From Eledone cirrhosa (Eukaryota): a DNA stretch of 64,000 nucleotides. The notes under the pieces are model-generated. The model saw only the letters and a program-made list of their open reading frames with translations, ran no database searches and was not told the DNA's origin. Below, one piece after another: positions 28,288-40,970 of this stretch (positions are counted from its first letter, which is position 1; every line of letters starts with the position of its first letter). The stretch lies in the NCBI GenBank assembly GCA_964016885.1, contig OZ024742.1, positions 27,838,001-27,902,000 on the forward strand. Direction: 5' to 3'. A program made the translations under genes and the position numbers.

Positions 28288-30030
28288 TATTAACCACAGT
28301 TGTACGTTTGACAAGTGACTTAATCTGTGACTGTGTTGAAACTAAAATAATTACTGCATTGAACAGCCATTTTAGCCACAACTGTACATGTCTGACAAGT
28401 GACTTAATCTGAGACTGTGTTGAAACTAAAGCAGATACATTGTGGAAGTCTTATTTTAATCACAGTTGTATATATCTGACTAGTGACTTGATCCAAGTCT
28501 CTGTATTAAAATTAAAACAATTATTGTGTGGAAATCACAGTTGTATATATCTGACTAGTGACTTGATCCGAGTCTCTGTATTAAAATTAAAACAATTATT
28601 GTGTGGAAAAATTTGTTTTAGCCACAGCTGAATTGTCTTGCTAGTGGCTTGATCTGTAATTATCTGTTGAAGCTAAAACAATTACTGTGTTGAACAGAGT
28701 CATTTTAGCCACAGTTGTACTTGCCTGGTTAGTGACTTGATCTGTGAGTGTGTGTTGAAACTAACGCAATTACCATACAGAAGAATCATTATAGTCATTA
28801 AAAAACCCACAAAAACTATATATATGTATTTTTTTTTCTGCTCTTCTTTACTCTGGCTACAAATGCTTTTAAAACACACCCCCATCACTGCTAATTATGT
28901 CCTTTAGGTGGCAGAGGCTCTCAGCTAATTTTGTGGCAATTTTCTTTTATTTTTTAGTATTTACAAAATTACTGCATTTTTAACCATATAAAAACACACA
29001 AAAATTGTTAATTTCTTTTTATATTTATCATTTATTTCCTAGTGTCAACATTTCTGTGATACTCTCTGCAACCTGGTCAATGAAATGTAATTTGATATGG
29101 CTAAAATGACTGTTCAATGCAGTGACTGTTTTAGTTTCAAGACATGCTCAGATCAAGTCAGTAGCCAGACAAGTAAAGCTGTGGTTAAAATGACTCTTCC
29201 ACAATGTAATTAATTGCTTTAATTTAAACACAGTCTCAGATCAAGTCACCAGCCAAACAAGTACAGCAGTGGCTAAAATGACTCCTCTACATAGCAATTG
29301 TTTTAGTTTCATGACACTGTTACTGATAAAGTTAGTTGCCAGACAAGTAGAGCAGTGGCTAAAATGATTCTTCTATGTAGCAATTGTTTTTATTCCAACA
29401 CATGATCTCAGATTAAGTCAGATTAAATGACTTGCCAGTCAAGTACAACTCTGAACTATAACTAATCACCACCACAAATTTTGTCTGGCATTTTACCATT
29501 TCTTGTAATTCCATAGCCAACTAAATATCATTAAGTGTAAGCAGGGATGGCAGAGTAATTAAGAAGTTAGTAAATTAATCATGAGTTTCCAGGTTCAATT
29601 CCACTGCTCAGCACCTCAAGTATTTTTACCATAGTCTCAGGCTGACCTAAGCATTGTGAATGAAATTGGAAAGATGGAAACTGTAACAAATAAAGATGTT
29701 AAACCAGATGATGATGATTTATCATTTATTCCTAGTGTCAACATTTTTGTGATATTCTCTTCAACCCGGTCAACAATAAGTATGTACATCTGTGGCTAAA
29801 ATGACTCTTCCATGTTATAATTGTTTTAGTTTCAACAAACACTCACAGATGAAGTCTGCAGCCCCACATGAACAAATGTGGCTAAAATTACTTTTCCATG
29901 GTGTAACTGTTCTTATTTCAACACTCAGTCTCAGATCAAGTCACTTTCCAGATAAGTACAACTTTGGCTTAAATGACTTTTCCATGCAGTTTTTATTTCA
30001 ACACGTGGTCTCAGATCAAGTGACTTGCTC
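28288..30030. repeat. ~84-bp tandem arrays in opposite orientations
   Basis: About 6 units plus (28288-28790), about 4 units minus (29097-29450) and about 3 units minus (29790-30030). Core 'agtgacttgatctgagactgtgttgaaactaaaacaattac'. Confidence 0.85.
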
Positions 30031-30484
30031 ACCAGCTAAATCATACCAGTAATTTAATGGTCTAGACTTGTCACATATTGTGTCAGGTTGATCCATATTA
30101 ATCACAATTGTCTAATAATCAGCCACTTACACGTTAATTTAATGAGGTGCTGTCTCAGATGATTAAGAAACTAAATGTTTATTGTCAAAACCAATGAATG
30201 ATCCATCATCAATTATCTCTAGGAATGTTAACTGGTTCTTTTTCTTGCTATTTCATAACTAAACAAAACAAACTATTTTGTCTAACATTTTTCTTTGTGC
30301 TGTTTATTCAAAGATAGAAAGTCAGTGCTCACAACCTTTCATTTGGTGGTGGATGGGTGAGGTGTGCTCTGAGACAAGGAGAAGAAAGGGACTAAGTTAT
30401 TATTAACTCTTAACACACAGCAATGATTAAGCAGAAAATATCTAAAAACAGGTTTGTTAATTCAAATACTTATAGTACCTTTAC

Positions 30485-30792
30485 CAGGGCTGAATTTAAA
30501 GAAGGACAAAGGGGGCAATTGTCTTGGGCCCCTGCAGTGTGTGTGTGTGTAGGTCTCCACTAGCGATGGCTGAAGCAATTTATTTGTGCACTCTGCTAGG
30601 CTTTTTAGTTTTAGGATGATTAGATTTGTTGAATTTAATACCTGTATGTATAACTTATTAATTCCAATTAATTGTACCAACCTGACATTGTTATGTAAAA
30701 TTGGGGGTTCGCTGTATGTTCTAATTGTTTTGTGTATGATGCCCCCCAAACCTGAATTGCTCTGGGCCTCCTAAGGTCTAAATCTGGCCCTG
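30485..30792. mobile_element. MITE with CAGGGCYRRATTTA terminal inverted repeats
   Basis: cagggctgaattta ... taaatctggccctg. An inverted partial copy lies at ~53766-53995. Confidence 0.7.
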
Positions 30793-31014
30793 ACCATTAC
30801 TAGTGGAGATATGGTTGTGAAAATTTACAGTAAACTAACCAACAGACTATGATTTTTAATGTGATGTGGTCATAGTGTTGTTTTGTTCTTCACTTCACAA
30901 GAATTTCTTGCGAATGCAGTTTCATGTGGTATAGGTCATAGTTGAGAGTTAAAACTGGAGACCAGGCGGAACCACATGTAATACAGTGGATGCCATTAAA
31001 TACATCGAAAGACA

Positions 31015-31205
31015 TGGCAGTGGTAGTGGTGATATTGGCGGTGGTGGTGATAATAGTGGAAGTGGTGATAGTGGTGGTGGTGGTGATAGTAGTGGAGGTG
31101 GTGGTGGTGGTGGTGATAGTAGTGGAGGTGGTGGTGGTGATAGTGGTGGTGGTGGTGATAATGGTGGTGGTGATAGTAGTGGAGGTGGTGGTAGTGGTAG
31201 AGGTG
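31015..31205. repeat. (GGT)n/(GAT)n low-complexity tract; similar tracts at 49560-50040, 52690-52815, 54110-54365, 54898-55320
   Basis: Degenerate trinucleotide repeats that give poly-Gly/Pro/Thr/Val ORFs in several frames. Confidence 0.85.
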
Positions 31206-32059
31206 CTAAGCCTTGAAATAGATTAAGTCTAATACTACCCCAAAACTGCAGAATACACACACTAAAAAACTAGACCAAATACCACAAGGCATCAAGGCAT
31301 CCCATTTGATCTTCTAACAATTGTGCCAATATACTATCTCGATCTGGTACTTTATGTTATCGACCCACAAAAGGATGAAACACGATGTTGACCTCTGTGG
31401 GATTTGAACTCTGAGTGCATTGAGCTGGAACAAATATCACAAGCCATTTATTTCTTATGGAACTCTTATTTTACTGCCTTTACCATTTCTTATCATTCCA
31501 TATGTAACTAAATATCATTAGGAATTCTGTCTGGCACTTTACTGATTCTTGCCTGTCTATTCCAATAACAACAACTATAACAGTCTTAATAATAATAATA
31601 ACAATAATAATAATAATAACAACAATAACAAGGGTATCAATAATTTGCTATGAACAATTCAAAAAGAAAATTTGTTCCATTCAATGTATTGATATGATTT
31701 CGTGATGTATTGGTTAAGGAGGGGGAAAAGGAGGAGGAGGAGGGTGAGAAGGAATGGATGTAGTAGAGGTAGGTGTAGGAGGAGGAAGAGGAGTAGGTGA
31801 AGAAATGGTGAAGGATGAGGAGGGAGTGTAAGTTGATATGGAAGAGCAATAAAGTAAATAATGCTGAAATAGGTTAATAATCAGTTAAACTATAGGAGAG
31901 TAGGTAAAGAGAGAGGTAGAGAGACAGTAGCAACAGTGTTAGCAGTGAAGAGAGATGTTGTTTGTGGTGGAACTTCTCAAGTCCTTAGGTAAAATGAAAT
32001 ACTTATCAATTACTTGCTTGACTGGTTTATACCAGTTCTTCTCTGGTACCAGAGACTGG

Positions 32060-32900
32060 TACAGAGAAGGTGTGAGAAAGAGAGAGACAGACATGAATAG
32101 AGAGAGAGAGAGAGAGGGAGAGCGATGAATTCAGAGAGATCAATAGAGGTAGGTACATAGATAGATAGAAAGAGAGATGATTTAGGAGAGAAAGATAGAT
32201 AGAAAGAGAGAGATGAGTTAGGAGAGGAACATAGATAGAAAGAGAGATGAATTAGGAGAGAAAGATAGAGAGAGAGGGAGAGATGAGTTAGGAGAGGAAG
32301 ATAGAGAGAGAGAGATGAATTAGGAGAGAAAGATAGAGAGAGAGAGATGAATTCAGAGAGAAAGATAGATAGAGAGAGAGATGAATTAGGAGAGTAAGAT
32401 AGATAGAAATTGAGAAAGAAATATAAATTCAGAGAGATAGAGAGAAAGGAAAGAGAAAGATGAATTCAGAGAGATAGGGAGGGAGATATTGACAAAGGGA
32501 GAGAGAGACAGAGAGAGATACCGACAAAGGGAGAGAGAGTTTGAAAGAATAATTCAGGGAGATTAAGTGATAGAGAGGGAGGGATACCGATAAAAAGAGA
32601 GAGAATATGATGAAGAAAGAGATGATACTGAGTGAATGAGAAAGGGGACATTGAGAAAGGGAGAGAGGCAGAGAGAGAGAGACAGAAGAGGATACTGAGA
32701 GAGAGAATAAGATGGCGAAAGAGGGGATATTAAGAGATGGGGGATATTGAGAGAGAGGGGGGATATTAAGAGTGAGAGAGAGAAAGAGATGGAGAGATAC
32801 TGATATGGGGAATCAGAGAGAGAAAGAAAGAGATTGATTCAGAGGGTGTGAGAGAGATGGATTTAGAGGTAGTGTGAGAGCGAGATGGCTGAGGGGAGAT
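32060..32900. repeat. GA-rich tract with ~30-bp minisatellite
   Basis: Repeated 'gagatgaattaggagagaaagataga' at about 32170-32480. Confidence 0.85.
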
Positions 32901-33439
32901 AGTGAGGGATGGCAGTGTTTGAAATAACAGAGAGGAATGAGATGGTCAGATGAAGAAAGTAAGATGGGTCAGTGCCAAAGAGAGCACAACATAGTCAGCC
33001 AACTTTCCAATCAGTGATTGATGGCTTTACCAAAGACAAAAGCAAGAATCACCAACAAATGTCTACTCTTCTATTGTCTCTGTTATTTTTATATTTACCT
33101 AATGTTATATTATCTTCTTTTTATTTCTCTCCCCCACTTATATGGGCTGGAAGGATGTACACATTTATACTTTACACACACAAAAACAAGGTCAAGATAA
33201 ATATTTTTTCTTTTTCCTTTAATATGTCATCTACTGATTACCAATTCAATGATCAAACAATAATAATTATAATTTGGATCTATCTTTTTCAGTAAAATTA
33301 ATTAATTAATTAGTTAATGTTGTTGGTATTGTTCAGCCCTAGGTTAGATCTCATCCAGCAGACCTATGATCAATGATGTTGCAGCTGTGAACATATCTTT
33401 TATACAGACATAGCACTATATTTTCTACTGTATGTGTGA

Positions 33440-33670
33440 CAGCTCACACCTATGCAGGTTTAGCTGGCCTCCTCCAAGGTATATCTTGTTGGAGGTGTCT
33501 TGGGTAATTTAATGATAGGGACCCCAGTCCTATCATCTCATATCTACAGCTGAATAAACTGGAGCAACGTGAAATAAAGTGTTTTGCTCAAGGAAACAAC
33601 ACATCACCTGGTCCGAGAATTGAACTCACAATCTTCGATTGCAAGCTCAATGCTCTAACCACTAAGCCAT
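33440..33670 (-). mobile_element. tRNA-SINE with CORE/MESC-like body
   Basis: Head and body nearly identical to 59850-60010, with a different 3' part. Confidence 0.75.
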
Positions 33671-33949
33671 GCATATAGCCATGTATATAGATATAACACT
33701 ATGTGTTCTACTTTCTTAAAAGGTAGACTATGATTTGAAGGAGATTTTGTTGCAATAAAGTTGATTAAATCAACTACAATACTGACTGGTATTTTATTTT
33801 ATGAAACCCAGAATAATCAAAAGCAAAGTTAGCTGTGAGAAGAATGGAACTCAGAATGTAAGAATCAAAACAAATGCTGTCAATCCGCTACCCTTATTTT
33901 CCAGTAACATAAAAAACAAACATTTCAACCATGATTTATTTCCTTCATA

Positions 33950-34300
33950 GTAATACTTGCATACATGATCCTGTAACTCTTGGCAGAGTCATACAGGCGC
34001 CATATTGACATAGAGCATTTCTTGGGCATTTTTTAACCCTGGCAGAGCCCATCTCCTCTCCAGGTCTGAATACAGCAGATTTCTTCCAGAGGAGGATAGA
34101 AAGTGAGAGAATGGGAGTGAATATGTGATATAAAGGAAGAATCGACCCCAGTACATGACTGGTAATTTTTTTATCAACTTCAAATGGATGAAAGGCAAAG
34201 TTGAGCTCAACAGGATTTGAACTCAGAGAGCAGAAAGCTGGAATGAATACCACAAACCATTCTATCCGATATTCTAACGACTCTGACAATTCACCACCAT
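33950..34300 (-). mobile_element. Nin-domain SINE with an alternative 3' tail; second copy at 63358-63690 plus
   Basis: Both copies have the Nin core followed by 'ctgctgtattcag(a/g)cctggagaggagatgggctc...atgtcaatatggc'. Confidence 0.75.
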
Positions 34301-35079
34301 GATAGCAATACAGTACTCTTCAAAATATCAACGTACTTATTTAAGTAGGTTTTTGAAGTTTTTCTCTGACTGATGTATCACAGTTTTATATACTTCTTGC
34401 CTGAAGCTATTATAATAATATTCAAATAAAAACAACAGAGTTGTTTGGTTACATTACTCTAAATTACCTGTATTTTTACACCTGGTGAACGAACATTTAT
34501 AAGATTGTTCACAGATTTATTTCATTGTGTGGAGGTATTAAAGCTGCTAGAATAGTTCCAAAGTGTTAAAACACAATGAAAATAACTTTTCTTTAACGTC
34601 TACTTCGGTATTTTACTATCCTGAGTTCAAATCTAGCTAACATCAACTTTTAATTTTAGATTTTCTAACAGGCACTGATAAACATCAAACAAGAACTAAC
34701 AGGATATAAATCATTAGATTGAATTCCAGTTGTTAACTGGTATTTATATCGTTGACAATTTGTGTGGGATGGAAGGAAACGTTGACCTCAACGGGATTTG
34801 AATTTAGAACTTAGAAGAAAATTTAGAAATAAATTTTTTTAATTTTTTTTACAGATGAGTCAAACCCCTCCATTGTGAGGATTGTGACCCCTGGGAATTA
34901 AAGCAAGGGTTGAACTTTAATCTTAATTTATTAAATTAATGATATTAACTAGACAAACGAAGGTGTTAACTGTCTATATTTTCTATAGCCAGCAGAAGTG
35001 TTCTGACTCAAAACTTTCATCTAATATATAAACTGTAATGGATTATTCTTGAGAGAGAGAGTGTGTATATATATATATA

Positions 35080-35350
35080 TGAGTATGTGTGTGAGTGTGA
35101 GTATGTGTGTGAGTGAGTGTGAGTATTGTGTGAGTGTGTGTATGTGTGTGCATGTGAGTATGTGTGTGAGTGTGTGTATGTGTGTGAGTGTGAGTATGTG
35201 TGTGAGTGTGTGTATGTGTGTGCATGTGAGTATGTGTGTGAGTGTGTGTATGTGTGTGTGTGTGTGCGTGTGCATGTGAGTATGTGTGTGAGTGTGTGTA
35301 TGTGTGTGCATGTGAGTATGTGTGTGAGTGTGTGCATGTGAGTATGTGTG
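35080..35350. repeat. GT-based ~34-bp minisatellite
   Basis: Repeated 'gtgagtatgtgtgtgagtgtgtgtatgtgtgtgcat'-like units. Confidence 0.85.
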
Positions 35351-35474
35351 TATACACAGCTGGGTATAATATAGTGGGTGGAAAATCATCTACATACAGT
35401 GTCTATCTCTCCAATTAACATCTGTATACTGTATTTCTCTCTATATATATGTATCTATCTCTATATATATATAT

Positions 35475-35908
35475 GTAGGAGGTGAGTTTTATTGTAGTTC
35501 AATAAAGCAATGCAGATATCGGATAAGAAGCACTCTACAGTTTGTAGGACTGGAGTATACATAATATATAAGAACAAAAGATGGTTAAAAGAGTTCCATG
35601 TATTTTATTATACGCAGTTCAAAAACAAATATCATCATGCAATAATATTTGTGTTTTCATCAGATAAAATAGGAAGACATGATATGAAGGTTAAAAAACA
35701 CTTGTGGATAGTGCAGTTTTAAATCAACATATCCATATATGTTGATTTAAAACTGCACTATCCACAAGTGTTTTTTAACCTTCATATCATGTCTTCCTAT
35801 TTTATCTGATGAAAACACAAATATTATTGCATGATGATATTTGTTTTTGAACTGCGTATAATAAAATACATGGAACTCTTTTAACCATCTTTTGTTCTTA
35901 TATATTAT
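35475..35908 (-). mobile_element. Fold-back island: ~172-bp inverted arms with 4-nt loop plus single-copy tail
   Basis: 35561-35732 is the reverse complement of 35737-35908 (loop ccat). Tail has GTAGAGTGCT (35529-35538, minus). TA flanks. Confidence 0.85.
35798..35868 (+). ncRNA. Type I hammerhead-like motif (mirror copy 35601-35671, minus)
   Basis: tattttat-CTGATGA-aaacacaaatatt...gatatttgttttt-GAAC-tgcgta-TA-ataaaata. 8-bp helix I, long helix II, GAAA->GAAC. Confidence 0.65.
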
Positions 35909-36008
35909 ATATATATATATAAAGAATTAATATCTAGTAACATATATATACATACAGATGCATATCAATGCTAGCAAATATATAGGTTTTGTCTTAGTAA
36001 CTTTGTGG

Positions 36009-36086
36009 TTCAATGACGACGGAATGATTCTCTATGTTTTCTTCGGAAAATATATTTATTCCATTCCAGAAACTAATTAGTTGGAA
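36009..36086 (+). ncRNA. Degenerate hammerhead-like motif in a TA-flanked island
   Basis: ttca-ATGACGA-c-ggaatg...cattcc-a-GAAA-ctaattag-TT-ggaa. Palindromic helix III; C3 altered. Confidence 0.5.
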
Positions 36087-36133
36087 GTGATATTTTAGTA
36101 AGTAAGTTAATTTTATAATTTTCTTATTTTACG

Positions 36134-36199
<66 letters not shown>

Positions 36200-36431
36200 C
36201 TATATACATATCTATTTATGTTTAACTATCTGTTTATATTTATCTAACTATATTCATATATATCTATATCTACCTGTATATCTATCAAACATCTACAGAA
36301 TCTATCTCTACATTCAATATATATATATTTATATATATATTTTTATCTATTTGTGCTTAACTAACTATACATATATTTAAATATATCTAACCCATGCTAG
36401 CATGGAAAATGGGCATTAAATGGTGATGAAG

Positions 36432-36809
36432 ATATATATATGTGTGCTTACCATGCACAATGATAGGCATACCTACATTGGGGCAACATCCCCGACTTTT
36501 AAATCGAGGATGTACAACCACAAGAACTTGTTCAAAGACAGGAACAAGTGACACTCCACGAGACTGGCAGACCTAATATGGGGACTCAAAGACAGTGGCA
36601 CAGAGTTTGATCTCAGCTGGAGTATTATCAAGCACACAAATGCGTATTCGGCTGGCAAGATGAAGTGCAAGTTGTGCCTGTCCGAGGCTATGGAGATAGT
36701 AAAACTAAAGGGCGGCGCAGTCGACCTCAAATCTGAAATTATCATGGCCAGCAGACACCAACGTAAATTCACGCTCTCTGCTTTAGTGATACCAGATGGA
36801 TCTATCTAA
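36432..36809 (+). mobile_element. Second Penelope-like (Naiad-type) fragment: GIY-YIG domain, missed by the ORF track
   Basis: Manual translation IYICVLTMHNDRHTYIGATSPTFKSRMYNH...K*HSTRLADLIW...WSII...AY...CKLCLSE...RHQRKF aligns with 13751-14121. Confidence 0.85.
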
Positions 36810-38809
36810 GGCACTACCGGTATGACAATGCCAGGTGGGGCGCATGCAACGGACCACGATATGCTGCCGCGGAACAAGCTGATATCAACGACAGATCCAG
36901 CGATACCTACCTCGTAACGTACCTTGGATAACACCATCCCACCAACTTGGGGATGCCGACTCAATATAAATCTGATTTTGACTAGAACCTTATGTGTGGT
37001 TTTGAATTTGAATTTGAATTTTTGATTTTTAACTTTTAATTTTTGATTTGTGATGTTTAATTTGCAACTTTGATGTTGGACTTGATGCTGGTCTTAAGGT
37101 TAGTGTTGCAGTTAATTCTAACTTTGCCTGCCCTTGCTATCTACACGCCTAAAACACAAGCAGCTGGTATATTCCACTTATGCATCCATTCCATGTACAT
37201 TTCATATATACTATTATGAAAAGGATATTCTACACATTCACAATATATATAACTTGTTTGTGTATGCACACACGGTCCCCTGTGTCCACCTGTCATGAAA
37301 CCTGTCTCATGTGCATGGTTGATGTGCACGCTCTTACCCAGTCCCTTGGATTGTCAGTTTCTCTGTATCTTATATAACCCTATGCACCACAGTCCTCAAG
37401 TATTTTTATGCAGCTTCATGCACATCCCAATAATGTCCGGGTGGCGTGAACAGATATCCCCTCTGCATTTTTGTTATGTATACATTCCTTTTTTCAGTAT
37501 TTTATTTTACCTTATTTTATTTTATTTTATTTTATTTTATGTACATACATGCATTTATATATAGGTGCCACCCATGTTATCTGTGATTAGGGCCTGGCTA
37601 CTACATAGCTATTATATTTATGCATATTGTGCATGAACTTTCAGGCTTATATTGCCACATGAATGGGTTGAGTCCAAGCCTCAAGAATGTTGTATCATAT
37701 AATATTTTAGGCGCCATGTGCACAGTTGTGTGTGTGTGTGGATGTGTAGGTATTCATCAAGTATGTATTTTTTTTTTAGATATAAGCATGACCATGCGCG
37801 GGAACATGTATGTATGTGTGTTCACGCACATATCCATACATGCATGTGTATAGATGTCTGGGTGGATATATTTGTATGAACATGTCTGTGTAAGTGTATG
37901 CATGTGTATGGGTAGATCTTCCATTTTTTCATCTGTATATATGTGCAGCGTCTTAACTATATATGCTCTCCTGCGTAGTGTGTGTGTACAGATATTTATC
38001 AAAAATACCTTTGAATTAACTTTTATGAAAGGCTATTTCAAGCATTCTTTTAAAAACGTTCTTTTTACAGGGTTTTTCTTTTTGAAATGTGTGTTTTTTA
38101 AGGTATTTTGAGACTGTTTTTCTGAAATTTTCTCTTAAATGTTTTTCCATTTCTTTTTTAAATTCTTTCTAAGTATTCGCTGCACATTCAATATCTACTG
38201 TGATATAATACAGTTGCGGGTGTGTACGTGATCGCTGTGGGTGTATAAGTACATGTATGTATCATGCCTGCGTGAAACATTGACATGGGTGAGGGCACCT
38301 GCAGGTTGAGAAGGCGGTGACAGGATGCGAGCGGTTCAATCATACAACCCCTGACCTCCTACAGTAGTAATTCCGATTTAACAAACAATTTTGATTGACA
38401 GGTGGCGAATGAAAGGAACCAAATATAGGATGGCCATGAGTGGACAAAAATACCGATGATGTGTACAATTCTTGACCACTCATAGAATGACAACAACAGG
38501 ATCTAAGCTGCCAAGTGAGGGCCGCGGGTGTAACTGGACATTTGGAAACTCTGCTTCGTTGAATCAAGATATATTTGAGGACCTTGCAATTTCAGAGTCA
38601 GGTTCAATCATTACATCGATCGGGCCTCAAGCTGGTTGCCAGAGAAATGATTGTAATATGTCTAATACATTTTATTCATCGCACCACTGATTCTCCGTTT
38701 CTTATGTGATATATATCTATATATCTATATATATATGTCTATTTACCAACCAGCTACAGAATCTATGCATCCATACTATACCTATCTAGCTATCTATTAT
38801 TACAATCAA

Positions 38810-39312
38810 ACCACCACCCTCCTTCAAAAACGAAGGAGAGGCGGTTTTCCTCTGTGTAATGGCTATGGTGAAAGAAGCTATATGGTGGACGAGGTTGAAA
38901 GGACTGAGGTCAGACACCTTTCTCTCTGGCGAACAACTGGTTCGCTTCTTTAAATATCATTTTAAAAGAAGAATCAGACTGGAGAGAGAGGTGCTGCACC
39001 CCAGCAAATGTTACGAAAGGTGGATGAATGTGGCAAGGATGGCTCAAGTGATTGGGCCTTCTCTCTATATAAGCCTGTAAGTTGAGGAAGAGGAGGAAGA
39101 GAGGAAGGGAGCACTCAATCTTCGTGCTCCTGGAGAGGAGGGTTGCACATTTTCTTGGGGGTGTGTGCAACCCTTTTGTAATGCCTCCCCCCTTTTGGGG
39201 ATTTCGATTATTTTATTTTTCATTGTTATACTTTTTACACAAATTTTATGTATGTAAAGTCCCCTCATTGTATTTGTCCCCATCTTTTGCGCCCTCATGG
39301 CGAATAAAGAAA
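38810..39312 (+). mobile_element. 3' fragment of a Tx1/L1-clade LINE
   Basis: VFLCVMAMVKEAIWWTR...FFKYHFKRRIRLERE...ERW resembles Tx1 ORF2 C-termini. T-rich 3' UTR and AATAAA at 39303, then (TC)n(TA)n. Confidence 0.55.
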
Positions 39313-39337
39313 TCTCTCTCTATATATATATATATAT

Positions 39338-39947
39338 ATCATCATCATCATCATCTTCGTTTAACGTCCATATTCCACGCTCGCATGGGTTTGGATGGGA
39401 GTTTTCCTACTTGAGGCAAGAGTGGTTGTCACTGCTCGCATAGGACTGTCTGGCGGGTTTTCTACAGCTGGATGCCCTTCCTAACACCAACCACATTTAC
39501 AGTGTGGAATTGGGAGGTTTTTACCGTGTTACCTACACGGCCACATTACAGCGTGGACTGTGTGTTTTTTTGTCGTGACACCTACACGACCTCATTTGTT
39601 TCGGGCTGGATGTTGTGGTACCAACATAACTTTACATTGAAAGGGGTGGTGTGGATGAGGTGGGGGAAGTGGGACGGGGTGTATTTTGTTAGAGGTGCCT
39701 ACTGACTGTAGTAGGTTTCACTTTGCACTTAGGTAAGGCGGGTCTTCTCTATTACTGTGTAGCGCCAAAGATCTCGGTCCAATGACATTGTCTTGGAGAG
39801 GTGTAAGTGTGTGAGGTCGGAATTTATCAAGTCGTCCCAGGTTTTTCTGGGTCTGTCTACTCCGTGGCTACCGTCTATTTTTATTGCCCTGCACTTTTTT
39901 ATACAGCTGTCGTCTTTCATGCGCATCACGTGACCATACCAACGTAG
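39338..39947 (-). mobile_element. 5'-truncated RTE LINE in (TA)n
   Basis: RWYGHVMRMKDDSCIKKC...RPRKTW...DRDLWR plus 3' UTR and (GAT)n tail. Confidence 0.92.
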
Positions 39948-40934
39948 TATATATATATATATACGTAGTATATATATATATATACGTAGTATATATATAT
40001 ATATATAGTATATATATATATATATATAACACTATATCTACTAACCAGCTGCAGAATCTGTCTATATATCCAGTCTATATCTACTACACACTGTGTCTAT
40101 ATACCTAACTTGTGACACTGTACAAGACTTTAGTTCTAGCGCATCCACAGAACTTTAAACTGTCTTGTTACCACAACAAAAACAACAAGTATAAAAGAAA
40201 AAGTAACAAAAGGAAGAAAAAATAAAAGTGCCTGGGGGTGATGTAGGCGGGTCAGAAAAATAAAGAAAACAAAATATGGAAACAGAGAAAATCTATTGAA
40301 TATTTAAGTAAGTCAACTGACAAGAGAGCTTCACTAATGTCCATAGGAAAGAAAACAGCTTTCTTTTAGTAACATTTCGCAAGTATTTTTCTTAGACTTT
40401 TCAATTTGAACAACTTGTATCAGAATTGGATTCAGGATTTAAAGAATACAGCAATTTTCTGCAAGAGCTTTTGACCTTTGCATGAATACAACAAGTGCAA
40501 TATGTCACGCTCGACAATTGTGTTGAAACAAGAGTTGCCCAGAGGCCAAATATAACTAAAATTTCCAACACTTGATGCCAAGACATTTAAATGGGTATCA
40601 TGGCATTGCGATGATTTGATGCTTTTTTCTTTCTTTCCTCTTTTTCTTTTAGTGTTTGTTTACTTATTTTTATATTAGTGTGTTTCTACAGTAAATGTAA
40701 ATATATTTCTGTGAATATGTTTCAAATTAGATTCTGTTGAAATGGACCAAGTGAAGTGAAAAGGTGTGGTTGGTAGTGGAAGATGGTGCGGGTGTTGCTG
40801 TTTGGTGGTGATTGTGGAAGTTATGAAGCAACACATGAACACATTTTAAAGTATAAATATTCTGTTTAGCTGTTGTCATTTCCATATGCACGCGCACGTG
40901 TATGAGTGTAAGCATGCATGTGTGAGTGAGTAGT

Positions 40935-40970
<36 letters not shown>

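Noticed and set aside
28288-28790. Regularly spaced repeats suggesting a CRISPR array
   Set aside because: Whole units are repeated with no unique spacers, there are no cas genes, and the context is eukaryotic.
36549-36551. In-frame TGA in the GIY-YIG fragment as possible selenocysteine (reported for some Naiad elements)
   Set aside because: It aligns with Arg (KLRHST) in the other copy, not Cys, consistent with a nonsense mutation such as CGA->TGA. Linker cysteines in the long copy are TGC.
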